DNA from: Lama glama
Taxonomy: Eukaryota
Direction: 5' to 3'
Length of the DNA stretch: 64,000 bases
Assembly (NCBI GenBank): GCA_028534125.1
Contig: CM052817.1
Span: 84,322,001 to 84,386,000 of the forward strand
Each line of letters opens with the position of its first letter. Position 1 is the first letter of the stretch. The translations under genes were made by a program, and so were the position numbers. The notes beneath the pieces were generated by a model, which had not been told where the DNA came from, did no database searches, and saw nothing but the letters and a program-made list of their open reading frames with translations. Below, in pieces: positions 48,150 to 60,989 of the stretch.

Positions 48150-49520
48150 ACAGGCAGTGACTACTAGGATGCTACACAGATTTACTAAGAAGAAATTCAT
48201 CTAACTTAATTGTCTTCTTGGACAGGATTACTAATTAGGTCTGGGAAGCATGACAGTTGTGATACATGAATTTATGCTAAGCAGAAGCCTAGGTCTTCCT
48301 TGGCACTTCCATGGTGGTATGTAGCAGCAGCAATATGGACTAGACTAAAAACAGGCCAACTGACCACGCCTCATGGGTCCTGGTTAGTTACTGATTATGG
48401 GAGGTTGTGACTGGATTGCTCTAAGAAACTGACTACTCAGGTCTGTCTAGTTCTCATATTTTCAATGATTTTCATGAAAATATGGGTGGCATGTTTATCA
48501 AGCCTGTAGATGGCATTCACTGTAAATAAAAAAATGGTCATGAATGCAAGAAATATAGCAGTAAAGCAAAATTAAATGGATATAGTTCTTACAGGTAACA
48601 AACTGGATGACAGAATTAGGAGCTAAAATGACCTCAGCACCCTGTGATGGTATAATGAAATTTAAAAGGGGTAAACGACCAGTCTCACCTCTGGGGCAAA
48701 GATTTGGCTTAGCAGCAAAACCTTCGGAAAAGACTTAGTATTTCAGTCAATAACATGCTCAATATCTGTCCAACAGTGTGATTCAACTTCCAAAAAAGCT
48801 AACATGATTTTAAGTTGCATTATTGGAAGTGTAGACTCTAGAACAGTAATTCTCGTTTTTTTTCCTCATCCTAAATAACTAATGAGAAATAATATGTGCA
48901 TTTCCCTGAAGCATTAATTACAGCAACTCTCAAAGATGCTTCCCTAAGAGCATGTCAGGCTCCTCTTGGGCGGGGTAGGGGGTGGACGGAGGGGAAGGCT
49001 ATGTATTATGAGGCCAAATCCACCCCCGAGAGACTAATATGCCGTCCCTCCAACTCGGGCAGGTATCACCCTTTCCCCATCTCTCTCAGTTACGATCCAG
49101 GATAAGGGAATGAATAGTTTATACCTTGAATATAATGTTTGGTTTTGGGCATAAGACTAATGCATCCCAAGCACACTTGGTGTAAAGTCAAGTACTCAAG
49201 AAATATCTACTCAAAGAGTGAAGGAGGATATATGCTTCCAGAGACCAGTGACTGGTTGGCCCGAGGACTCAAAACCAAGTCCTGTGAGGAAATGGAGATG
49301 CCTCCTAAGCACAGGGAGAACATGATCATTACTTATAGCAGGCTAAAGATCTGCCGTATGGAAGATGGTTTAGATTTCCTCTGTTGCACAAGGTAGAACT
49401 AAGGCAGGAGACACACTGCAGTTCAATGAGGAAGAAATTTCTAATGGTCAAAGCTGTTGGAAAGTAGATTGGGCCACCTCAAGGAAGAGGAAGCTGCCCT
49501 GCCCCATGCCAGTGAATTTC
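48150..49520 (+). mobile_element. L3/CR1 LINE remnants (RT region and 3' region, interrupted at about 48860-49220)
   Basis: gaaaagacttagtatttcagtcaataacatgctcaatatctgtccaacagtgtgattcaacttccaaaaaagctaacatgattttaagttgcatta and aggaagaaatttctaatggtcaaagctgttgga resemble CR1/L3. Confidence 0.7.
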
Positions 49521-50892
49521 AACAGCTGTGCACAGTAACACTGGTAATTTGTTACTAAAAATAAAGGAGTGAACTTTAAGAATGTATATTTAAAGAGGAA
49601 TAAACTAGAGCAAATTCAAAGTTATCTCTAACGTCACTCCCATTTGCTTACATTCCAATATCCTTTTGTGTGGAGACACAGAGTAGAGTTGGAGCTAGTA
49701 CCCAAGAGTGTCTATGGGAGTGTGGAGCAAATGTGAATTTTTCTGGTGAACCCTTGGGCAAGAAGATCACTTACTTAGTGCAGACTTTTTCTTGGTAGTT
49801 GGGTGGGTGCCAGTAAAAAATTACTTTACTTAAAAATGCCTTTCCAGTCTATGATTTCTGTTATCTAGGCATAAACATATTTTAGTTCTTCCTTATATAA
49901 ATATTAATATAGTCACAAAAGCCACACTTTTTTTTAAGGTTTAAGAGCTGGTAAGGGAGGGGCTTCATAGGTAGCTCTGGGGTACTGCAGTGTCTTCTCT
50001 CTGTACATATATCTGTATGTATATATATATACATTTTTAAGTGAACTAAAAAGTTGATCATTATTTTAGATAAAAAGGTTTATAGAGAAGCTCATTACAG
50101 ATTTATTTTGGAAAAATTGATAGAACACATGGTTAAAGAACAGAATTTATAATAAAATGCTTAAGAGAGCTTTTTCATTCTTCCTTGATCTGTCTGAGAG
50201 CTGGCTTGGCAGGCTACGCAGCTATGAAATGTTCACATTTGCTGAATAAATGAGTGACTAAGTTGTTACTAATGTTCTCCCACAGTCCTCACACTAGAGG
50301 AAAAATTAGAAGACTGTTGGCTGCTCCAATCTGCGTATTTGTATACAAAGGGAAGAAGAGGTAATCATCTCTCTTTTCTTCCTCAGGGAGATACAATAAA
50401 GAAAGATGAATCAATAAAATGAACTAGCTGTGTTGTCCCCTATTTCAGATTTAAGGCATTTCTTTTCTCTTTCCTATTATTTTCCCCTATCTCTTAAAAT
50501 GAAGTTCACAGGGCAATGATACTCACTGTCTGTGTAAGTGAAGTCAAGACTGATCAACACGAGAAATGTTCCAAAAACTCCACTACATTTTTACATTGGA
50601 AATCATTAGCTAACAACCTTTTCTGGAAGAAATAACCATACATATTTAGTTCTGTTGCTAAACATAGCTTAAATCTGTTCAAATTGAACAGAGGTCAGAA
50701 AGGCCTATTATCTGCATATTATATCCCTTTCTTGGAGAACATCTAAGTATTCAAGAAAGCCAACTGGAGAGGGGGTTGTTAATATCAAAACGTGAAGAGT
50801 AGGTGCCTATGGCCACAGTTTGGAGGAAGTCTGGTTGGAAGATTTTACCTCGAAGAGTCTGGAAAGTGAAACTTTCTTTTTTGAGAAAGGAT

Positions 50893-50960
50893 ACTACTAC
50901 TTACTACTTATTACTTACTACTTATTACTACCACCACCACTACTCCCACCACTACTACTT
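50893..50960. repeat. (TAC)n/(CAC)n degenerate simple repeat
   Basis: Direct reading. Confidence 0.8.
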
Positions 50961-51449
50961 ACATTCCATTCGTCTTGAATGTTAGTTTCTGAAATGCTTT
51001 CTCCTTATAGGCTCATTTTTTTGGTCAGATACAATTCTAACATTTTCTCTAATTTAAAGTTTTAAAAACTAAAGTCTATACTCTATAAACATAAATAGGA
51101 ACATACCTCTTATTACATGGAAATCAGTCTGGAATGATGGGAAGGAATTCAGAGAACCATCTGAAAAAAATCTTTAAGAGATGGAAATGCTAAGCGCCTG
51201 CCACCATTTACTGTCACATTTGTATTATCTGGTCTCATCACTGTACTTGATAGTAGCAACAATTTGCTGCACCCCCACCCCCAGCTTTTACTAAATCAGA
51301 TTTTTCCCTCCCTCAGTTTTCATCATATTGGATTTGCTTTGTTACAGCCCTCTTATTGCTCCTATTCAGTTTCCTCCAAAGACTCTTTTTCCTGAGGTCA
51401 TTCAACAAATAAAGACATTTTCTAAGGTCCTGTCCTTGATGACTCAGTT

Positions 51450-51860
51450 GTGAACAAACAGTTATTGAATACCTTCCATGTGGCAGGAACAGCGCTGACT
51501 GCTAAGAATGCAACGATGAATGACAGCAGACATGAGTCCTGCCCTCAAGGATCCTGCAGTCCATCGGGGAGGAGATGACATTAAAGAAAAAAATTTCAAA
51601 AAGAGTTAATTACAGATTTTAGTAAGGACTATAAGGGAAAACATATAGCATACATTAAGAGCAATACAACAAGGGGACCTAACCTAGTCTGGTGGCTAGG
51701 TAAGGCTCTCTGACACAGTGGTGTCTAAGTAGTGATCTGAAGAATATGCAAATGGCCAAGTATGTGCAGAGACCCTGTGTGGGGAGGGAGGATGACGTCA
51801 CGATGGAAGATGAAGAGGCCTTCATCAGGGATAGAGCAGAAATGGAGGGAAGGAGGTAGC
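51450..51860 (-). mobile_element. L2 3' region
   Basis: caaacagttattgaataccttccatgtggcaggaacagcgct...gtcctgccctcaaggatcctgcagtc is a reverse L2 terminus. Confidence 0.7.
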
Positions 51861-52430
51861 TAGCACATCACATAAGGCCCCTCAGCAAGCCGCTACACTC
51901 CATGGCTTCAATTCTCAGCTCCATGCCAAAGACCCATGACTATCCCAATTTGTTGGTATCAGTCCTAAACCTCTGTGCTGGTTGAATATTTACACATGCA
52001 TGCTGCTACATCACCTCTAACTTATTAACTCATTGTATTTTCTCTGGACTACTACAGTGGTCTCCTAACTTGTCCAGATGCAAACCCATCTACTCTAATC
52101 ACAGAAAGCAGGGTGCACCATGTCAAACTAGGAGCAGAGAATAACTGAGCACATGGATCTATGGAAATCAATAGGACCACAATAGTTTAATGCCCATGCA
52201 GTCTCAGAACTTAAGATTCCATTTGATTAATACTGTTTTGAGTAACAGCAAAAACAAAACAAAACAACCCTACCCACCTCCCCCAAAACCCCAAACCCCA
52301 AACAGACCAAAACCTCCCCAAATTCTTAAATATCAATATTTGATAAATACTGGAAATTGCGTAAGTTAAAAATGAATCACTACAATTATACATTAAAATA
52401 CATGACAGCATCATTTTAGAAAGTGTGTAA

Positions 52431-52436
52431 TTTATT
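52431..52436 (-). terminator. SCLT1: Candidate distal SCLT1 poly(A) signal
   Basis: tttatt on + (AATAAA on -), about 440 nt after the stop, followed on - by AT/GT-rich sequence. Confidence 0.55.
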
Positions 52437-52656
52437 ACATATGAATTCATAAAAATATGGGTACTTGGGAACTTTAAAAATAAGCTACGAGGAACAATTA
52501 GATGCAAATCTTGGAACCTGAAATATTAAAATTCTAGCATTTTCTTCAAACTCATGATTAGGACAGTTTGAAAATTATTACACTCTTCCAAGGGAAAAAG
52601 GAGGAATTAAAAAAAATAGACATGTCGAGGAAGGCAATCAGTTCTTCCCAGGTGGC

Positions 52657-52662
52657 TTTATT
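52657..52662 (-). terminator. SCLT1: Candidate proximal SCLT1 poly(A) signal
   Basis: tttatt on + (AATAAA on -), about 210 nt after the stop; T-run downstream on -. Confidence 0.4.
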
Positions 52663-52873
52663 CTCCACTGAGGCTCAATATAGAATTATATTTTCTTTAC
52701 TTACAAGAAGCTGTCAGTGTTCTGTTTTCCAATAACCCTCAAAACAGAATGGAAAATGCTTATGCAAAATGACACAAGCCTTAACCATTCTACGCAGGTT
52801 TTACCGTTTTAATACACTTCTAGTCCAATAGCTTTCCCAACTCTAAAGTTCTGGGAGTGAACTATGTATACTT

Positions 52874-52936
52874 TTAAATATTTTCCAGATTCATCATGGA
52901 GGCTGCTTTTCTTCTCTGCACTGTAATCGCACTGAG
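52874..52936 (-). CDS. SCLT1: SCLT1 last coding exon; LSAITVQRRKAASMMNLENI*
   Basis: Minus strand tttcaattgcag|ctcagtgcg...aatatttaa; in phase with the preceding exon; matches the SCLT1 C-terminus. Confidence 0.94.
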   Translation of the reverse strand, partial: LSAITVQRRKAASMMNLENI

Positions 52937-53439
52937 CTGCAATTGAAATAAACAATCAGTAAATAGTTACTTTCTCTATGGAAAATCTTAGACTAATACA
53001 AAGTATAATATGTCACAACTTACAATTATTAAAAATAATCTTATTGTAAAGGGTCTTGTAGGAGGTCACTTTTTGTGTTCATTTCTCTTTCACTCTTGAT
53101 ACTTTAAAATGTCTGTATTACACTAGAGATATGCATGTCAAATATGACATTCCATAGCTCAGTGATATACTTGGAATTCCAAAACATACTTTACAAATGG
53201 ATGAAAAACATCTAGATAAAAGCTAATCAGAAAACAAGCTAGAACACAAACTACGTGTGAGCCAGCAAAATGCAGGGCAGGTATTAAAAAGGTGATGATA
53301 GATCATAGTAAGTCTAATGGGGAAACAACGTTTGAATATTAATTGAAATTGATGATACAGACACATGGTTAAAAACATCTCAGAGTACAAAAGAGCACAG
53401 AGCATAAAGTCTTCCCATCTCTGTCCTTCATTCCACAGC

Positions 53440-54300
53440 CTAATTCCAGATACTACTATTTCCAGCTCCTAAGTATATTTCTTGACATATTCTAAGTGAG
53501 AACATATGCATATATTTCCTCACCGCCTTTTCTTTAAAAAATGATAAAGTACTGGAGATACTTTTCATCTCTTTTTCCTGCTAAACAATCTACCTTAGAA
53601 GTACTTTCACATTAAATCACTTTATTCCTCTTTAACAGTTGCAAAATTTCCCTTGCATGGATATTCCATAGTTGAACTGTTTCCTGTGGATGGGCATTTA
53701 GGTGGTTTTTAATCTTTTAAAATTATAGGTGATGCTGCAATTAGTAATTTTTACATGCATCCTTGCACAGACTTGCCAGGTGCAAATGCACCACCTGCAG
53801 AATACATTCTTGGAACTGCTGGATCACAGCTTAGGTACATTTCCAATTTTTGAGAGATACTGCCAGACTGGGCACCAAAGAGGTTGTACCAATTCACATT
53901 TACATCAATGATGTGTGAAAGTGCCAGCACAATGTATTATCAAGCTTCATGACCTGACAGGTGAAAAATGATATGTGATTAGAGTTTAAATCTGCATTTG
54001 TCTTATGGGTGAGGATGAGTCGGGCATTTCTTAAATGTTTAAAAGCCACCTGTCTTTTATCCTTTATTCGCCCCATTGTACTATAGTACTTTTTTTTTGT
54101 TGTTGATTAGTCACTCTTTATATGTGTTTAGGATATTCGCCTTTTGTCTATGTGTTGCAAATAATTTTCTCCATTTGTCACTGACTTTATGATTTTTTAA
54201 TGCAGAAATCTGAAATTTTACATAGTCACATTTATTAAATTCTCATAGTTTCTAGGTTTTGTGTACTGCAGAGAAAGGCTTTACCACACTGATCTTTAAA
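53440..54300 (-). mobile_element. Old L1 (L1ME-like) fragment
   Basis: gatgggcatttaggtggtttt...agatactgccagactg...ggttgtaccaattcacatttacatcaatgatgtgtgaaagtgcc...gtttaaaagcca. Confidence 0.75.
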
Positions 54301-55149
54301 AATACCATACTGTCAAAAGAACACAGTGTGGAATTCAACAATTTAGAATGATACACTTAGAACATCTAACCACAATCCAAAGATGGAAGAAGAAAGTATA
54401 GAGAAAGTTAATCAGAAGAGCACACTTCGAGCATGACTGAATGAATACAGCGCAGGGCTTGTGCTGAACCAGTGACACGATGCTGGCTGGGCTGCATGGG
54501 TGAGTGTCACATGTTAGGGACAATACAGACCTCTTAACTTCTTTATTTCATTAAATATCAAGCCCTTAGCAGGATACTATTTCTAATAGCAGTTTCCAGT
54601 TTTTAGAATAAAATGGGAAAATTAGAAAAGATTGAGAGAAGGCAAAGATAAAGATTTGTAAAAAACTGAATGTATGTCTTAAAAAGTTTATGACTTGGAC
54701 ACATTTAAAACAGGACAAAAAAAGTTAACTCCAGGGAATAAACTCCCTATGTATGGCGAAAATGCTAAATGATTACCTTCCATCTTCAAATGAGAACAGA
54801 ATGTAAGGAAAAAGGCTTATGGAGAAATCTGTGAAATGGTTACTGACAAAACATGAAAAAAAAAAGCTACAAAGAGAATGGTGGAATCTCTGCCATTAAG
54901 GAGTTTAAATTGCAGGAGAAACATCAGTGTCAGACTGCTTAGGTTTAATTCTGTCAGGAAGGAGACTAGAGCCAATTGAATTATACAATTAAGATTCTGT
55001 AACTGTACCCTTCTTGTTATAGAACTCCAGGTAGTTGATTTTAAGTAGGTATTATTTTCTTTACCATGTTCCTTAAAAAAGGTAAACTGAAAGCTTTAAA
55101 GACTGTGCTATAGAAATTTAATTTCTATATATCTAAGTATCTACTTATA

Positions 55150-55350
55150 CTTAACGACTATGCTAAGTGCTTTATATGTGTTAATCCCTTTGATCTTTCA
55201 ATAACTCTATCAGAGAGGTGTTATTATCCTCCGTTAAAACATGAAGAAACTGAGGCTTAGAGAAGCTGAAATTGCCCAAAGTCACGTGGCCACTTAATGG
55301 TACCAGGCTATTCGCCTGACACCAAAACGTATCCTCTCAAGATACTGCCT
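55150..55350 (-). mobile_element. MIR SINE
   Basis: tgctaagtgctttatatg...atgaagaaactgaggcttagagaagctgaaattgcccaaagtcac. Confidence 0.8.
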
Positions 55351-56137
55351 AGTACCTTGGCTCCTGTTACCTTATAATCTCAGTGAATAAATGAATTCTT
55401 GAATGATTAATTCAAGATTCCATCAACTCATAACTTTATAAGAAATTAAACTTTCTTGATAAAACTATAATTACTTTCAAGAGGGAGGGAAATAGAAGGG
55501 CAAACTATTATTGGATTTTTGTTAAATGCCATGCCATATTCATACCAGAAGTAGATTTCAAAAAAAAAAATATAAACATTACGAACACAAATTGAATTCA
55601 GTGAGTATTTAGGGTTAGTTGTTTTACTATGTATGGAAATGATGTAATACCTAAGAATAATATTAATTTTGATTGAAGCAGTACATTTATAACTAAATAT
55701 AATTAATAATACAGTAACCTGGTTTTTGTCTGGTCTGTCTGCATATCTATCTAAACTGTTTCCAGCTTATGTTTATAATCACTAAGCTGTTCTCCTTTTG
55801 TTCCTAACAGGAGAGACTATTGTTCCCACTTTAGAACAAATGGACCATTTCATTTATATAATGTGTGAGTATTACAGAGTAACTGCCCCTTATTATTTCC
55901 TTGATATTATGCATTTTCAACTCTGTTTCCCACTGGACAAATTTTATATGGTATTTTAGATTTATATGGTCACACACAACATGTATGAAATGAAGTTAAA
56001 CTCCTAAGCCAAATAATTTTTTTCCGTTTAAAAACAACAATAAAAACAGTACAATTTGAAATATTACATACAAAGCAATGTTATCTACTTCCAAATCTGT
56101 CAGTGAACATCTGCCTAGGTCTAGACAGAACACAATT

Positions 56138-56347
56138 CTAGAGCCGTGCTGTCCCACAGAACTTACTGGGATGACAATTGTTCTATAACCACGTGTCCAG
56201 TATGACAGCCACGGCTCCACGTGGCTTTTGAGGACCTGAAATCTGGCTAGTGTGGCTGAGGATATCAGTTTTACTTTTATTTGATTTTAATTAACTTAAA
56301 TTTAAGCAGCTGCTTGGGCTAGTGGCTATCACATTGGACATGGCAGC
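56138..56347. mobile_element. MER3 hAT-Charlie element (near full length)
   Basis: ctagagccgtgctgtcccacagaactt...gaaatctggctagtgtggctgagga...ggctagtggctatcacattggaca. Confidence 0.85.
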
Positions 56348-56539
56348 AGGAGACTGCTGTTTATTTCTGTTTCTAAAGTTTACTTTTTCAACTGCAAATA
56401 TTAAAGAGACTAATTTTAAATAGTTTAATTAAATAAAAATAAAACCACCAGTTCTTTGGGAACTTTTGAAGAATTTTTCTTCTCTTTGATCTAGTCAGAC
56501 TATTTACTATTTTCCAGGGATAACGAGGAGGGTCCCTAC

Positions 56540-56635
56540 CTGTTGGGAGGCTGAAGCAGCTCTCTGTTCCGCCTCACTTAGTCGCCTCTGAAGCCTGTTG
56601 GATTTTTCTTGATGCTCTAGAATTAACTTTTCATT
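56540..56635 (-). CDS. SCLT1: SCLT1 penultimate coding exon; NEKLILEHQEKSNRLQRRLSEAEQRAASASQQ
   Basis: Minus strand ccttaatag|aatgaaaag...caacag|gtaggg; 96 nt, phase 0-0. Confidence 0.94.
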
Positions 56636-56949
56636 CTATTAAGGGGAATATAAAACAAAGAAGTTATAAATCCATATGTGGCATGGAGACTTTTATGGAA
56701 TAATCAATGAAATATCTGGACATCATTTTACCACTTAGAAAAAGGCAAAGATAATATATCTCCAAATTCACATTTTTCAAGTTATGAACTTCAAAGTTCA
56801 AAGTTGGTTTCACATTGACTAAATTGTTTTGTTTTTCCCCTATGCACCACCAAAGAAAATGGATTAAATCCAAAAGCAAAGAAAACCTGAGGTTAAGAAC
56901 AAGACTTTCAGTTTGTGATGTTAACCTTGAGATGCCAGGTCACTACTTT

Positions 56950-57093
56950 GGAATCAGCTGGAGAGTGTGAGAATGCAGACCTGGGCCTCACCACCAGAGC
57001 ATCGGTAGGGGTGGGGTGAATCTGGAGAATCTGCACTTCTGTCAAGTTCTTAGGTGGTGCTGATGCAGTTTCCTAAGGCATTTAGAGCCACTG
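56950..57093. mobile_element. MER5-like element (degraded)
   Basis: gaatcagctggagag...aatgcagacctgggcctcacc...aatctgcacttctgtcaagttcttaggtggtgctgatgcag...agagccactg. Confidence 0.65.
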
Positions 57094-57319
57094 TGCCAGG
57101 ACAAACTCCGGGAAATTGTGACATAGTATACACATTATTAAAGTTCAAGGAACATAAAATACTCATTCTAGAAATCCTGAGTTTTACAGAGTGAGACTTG
57201 TTTTAAATGTTTATATAATAAAGATATTATTTAAAAGAGGAAGAAATCTGTTTCTACATGTTTCTCAATACATTTGTAGACTCCAGAGGGTATTAGAGTC
57301 AACAGAGTTATTAAGGCAT

Positions 57320-57754
57320 TGTCATGGGTTGCATTATGTCCCTAAAAAAAGATGCTGAAGTCCTAACCCCTAGTACCTATGAATGCAACCTTATTTGGAA
57401 ATAGGGTTTTTCCTGATGATTACATTATGATGAAGTCATTAGGGTGAGCCCTAATCGAATATGACTGGTGTCTTCACAAAAAGGGGAAATTTGGACAGAG
57501 ACAGACATGTACAAAAGGAAGAACACATGAAGACACAGGGAGAACACTCCGTACAAGACAAGGAACACCTGAAGCTCCCAGAAACTAGGAGGGAGGCACG
57601 GAATAGACTCTCCCTCAAAGCCCTTGGAAGGAACCAATCCTGCTGTCTTCTTGATTTTGGACTTCTGACTCCCAGAACTGTGAGACAACAAATTTCTGTT
57701 GGTTAAGCCACCCCAGTCTGTATGACTTTGTCATAGCAATCTCAGGAAACTGTA
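57320..57754 (+). mobile_element. MLT1B/C-like ERVL-MaLR solo LTR with 5-bp TSD (GGCAT)
   Basis: tgtcatgggttgcattatgtccc...ccttatttggaaataggg...ccagaactgtgagacaacaaatttctgttggttaagccacccc; GGCAT at 57315-57319 and 57755-57759. Confidence 0.92.
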
Positions 57755-59113
57755 GGCATCATAAATATAAACATCACAACATGAAAACAAGTTCAAAGAT
57801 TCTATCAATTAAAACATATATGGGCCTTCTCCACACTTACTAGCCTAAAAAAAAGTTTTTGTACATCTAGAATTGTTACAGTTTTCTGAATTAGACAGTT
57901 CCCATGTCCTTACATACAAGTGGTAAGAGTGAAGGTCATGCCTAGTAGTACAAAATATTGAAATAACAGTATCCTGTTAAAATATGCATGTCATTCTATT
58001 TCTTATTGTGACCCAAAGCAAAATTAAATTGTATGAAGAGAACTACACTGGCTGTTCCAGTTTACTAAGACATTTAAATGTGCAGTCTTAAATTCTTTAA
58101 CTTAAATCATTAATACTAGAGAAAACCTGGGGAAAAAAATGCTATCATCTATAATAATCATTTTCACAGTTACAGTCACACCACACATAATGAACATTTT
58201 TCTATTCTGCTACCATAATGGCTAAGGCATACTCCAGATCAGATAAATCATAGTATGTGCAACTGTTCTTTTTCAACTGATATTTTAGTTGCTTTTGATC
58301 TTCCAAAATAATTAACATTGCTGTGTTGAATATCTTCCTCTAAAATTTTTCATATTTTAAATTATTTCCTTAGAACAGATTCCTGGAAGTGGGAGTTACA
58401 TCAAAGAGTATTTTAATGGCTATTATTTAATTGTTCCCTAATGGCTCGTATCAATTCATAACGCTGTAACACTGAAGTCATGGCTCCTATAGAAGGCCAC
58501 AGAGAGCTGGTGGATCAAATAGCCTATTAATTACATTCCAACAAATACATTCAAAGTTAGGACATTAAACAAAGAATCAGAGTTCTAGAAAGTTCTAATC
58601 TTAATCTAGAAATTGCTTAACTTTTTTTTTTCTTCAAAAAAGAAAAAAAAATGATGAACCCTTGTCATACTCACTTCTAAAGCATTAACCTAAAGGAATA
58701 TTTCAATATATTCCAAGTAGGCAAAAGTATTTTCTACATGTCTTTGGTGATGGATTAAAACAAAATAAGAGGATTTGGGTTAAAAAAACAATCTAAGACA
58801 TGCACAGAGGTAAAAGTGAAGAGGATCCTAACAACTCAGAAACAGCACAAGTTATATGGTAAAACTAACGTAAGAGCTTTTTTGTCTTTATCTTTTGTCA
58901 TTTAAATATGATGAATCACTGACTTTCAAAGCTTTTATTCACATTATAATATGTGTGGACTTTTAGGGTTATGAATGATTTCTACAAGAAATAGTCACAT
59001 CCTTATGGTCATTTCCAAATAGAGAATTAATTTGGACTGGGCTCAGGTAAAATTCTATAACCTGTGTATCAAGCTGCAGCAGAAAGTACTTCCCAGGAGA
59101 GTCATTATCTTAC

Positions 59114-59192
59114 CTCAACTACCTTTTCATTTGCCATTTCCAGCTGAGAAAGCAGCTCTTGGGTATGAAGTTTCTGTCGACTCAGCTCACTC
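59114..59192 (-). CDS. SCLT1: SCLT1 third-to-last coding exon; SELSRQKLHTQELLSQLEMANEKVVE
   Basis: Minus strand ttgattaatag|gagtgagctg...gtagttgag|gtaaga; 79 nt; coiled-coil peptide matching the SCLT1 C-terminus as recalled; JADE1-SCLT1 synteny. Confidence 0.93.
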
Positions 59193-59404
59193 CTATTAAT
59201 CAAGAGAGAGGGGGAAAAAAAAGAAAAGAAAAAAAGCCATTAGAATACAACTTTCAAAAATCTAAGAAAACAGAATCTTTTATTAGTGAGATACCTGTCC
59301 ATGTTTTGAACAAAAATACTACTCTGTGTGCAAAATAAAAGCTGCTTATTAATAGACCATATCTTAAACGACTTACTCATTTTCTTTATAAAATACACAT
59401 ATAC

Positions 59405-59565
59405 TCTGAAGATTTGTTGTACAACAGTGTGAATACACTTAGCACTACTGAACCATAACATAAAAATGATTAAGATAGTAAGTTTTATATGTATTTTATC
59501 ACAATTTAAATAATTGCTAAAACTGTACATTTTAGGTTACATGTATTTTACCACAATAAAAAAAG
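59405..59565 (+). mobile_element. L1M 3'-terminal fragment(s)
   Basis: gtacaacagtgtgaatacacttagcactactgaac...aaaaatgattaagatagtaagttttatatgtattttatcacaat is an L1MB-like tail. Confidence 0.7.
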
Positions 59566-60989
59566 CAAACCACCCCCCTCCTCCATACACATTATTTTTT
59601 AAAGTGCCAAAGTGTCTTTAACAATATTATCTTGAGGTATTATTTGGCATTAAAATGAAAGTATATTCATATTAAACAGATACAATGTTTATTTTTAAGA
59701 TTCATATATAGTGCTTCTTAGAGAGGCTCAATTCCTGGAAACTCAAGCTCATATTAATCACTCCAACACCATTTCATAGTAGTATATTCAGGATTAAAAT
59801 TTATGTTGTGATTTTACATATGCTATATTTTATGCATTCATATCCTTTATGCTTTGTTAGCTGGAATTATCTTATGTACAGAATTGTCGTCTTTTTTTGT
59901 TGCTGTTGTTCAACATGTAAGCATTATACTGCTTTTGGCCAAAGGTAATTTCAAGAGTCCCAGGTTAGAAATAGATACAATGTAGTCTTTAAAATAACTT
60001 AAAAAAAGATCAAATCAACTTCTGAGTATTAAAACAGTTAATTCAGGATTGGTTTTTATCTTTTGATCTAACTTCTAAAACAAATCAATACACTGACATT
60101 TCCAAAACAACCTCAGCTTTGATTTTTTTTTTCCAAGTGAGCCTAAAAACTTGGTAAGTCCGTCTGGTGTCCTATATTTGAGTAGGTAGCTGTTAACACC
60201 AGCAAGCAATTTTTAATAAATACATACAAGAAAACAAAAAATAACGTCATCCACAAATCAATTACACAAATATTTACTGAACACTCTTTATGGACAAGTG
60301 CAAGGCATGTGGTGGTAAACATACAGTTGTTGCCATAACAGAACTTACAAACTAAGAGGGAAATGACTTATTCTTACTCAGTGGCTTTATCAAAACAGGT
60401 CACTGATGATGAAGAGCTTGAGTATCACTGATTCCGTGGCAGAAAACCTCAAACATTTTATCTTAGCTTTATTCTGGTGGTTAATAATAATGTGGAATAA
60501 ATTACTGTGCTTAAAGTATCTTGTGTAGGTTAAAATTACGGCTGGCTCCTCAATACAACAAAACAAAACAAAGAAAAGCAAAATGACTAATGTGGCCAGT
60601 CTTCTAGGTTAAATGTAAAGGTAAAAGATATGCACCTAAGTCCTGACGAGAAATAACCTTTGAGTCCTACAGAGATGTAGATGATACAATGATCATATTT
60701 ATAAAGTGAGCCATCACCCAGTGCATACGAACCTTTTTCAGAAAACACCTACTGCATAATTTGATGCCTAAACTATTCACTTACCCATGGTAACTTATCT
60801 GAATGGTAGTAATAATTTCCAATAATTACTATCAGATAGTAATTATTTTCCACAAAATTTAAGATCACAAAGATACAAAGTTACTTTTTATCTGTGTAAA
60901 TATTTATTCTATTGTGTATCAAGCGCTGTCACCCACCTTGGACAGTGAGCAACACTGCTCTTCATCATCGTGACAGTGAAGGTGACGGT

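Noticed and set aside
60400..60432. C/D-box-like words (tgatga...ctga)
   Set aside because: Spacing is too short for a snoRNA, there is no terminal stem, and it is antisense to the host SCLT1 intron.
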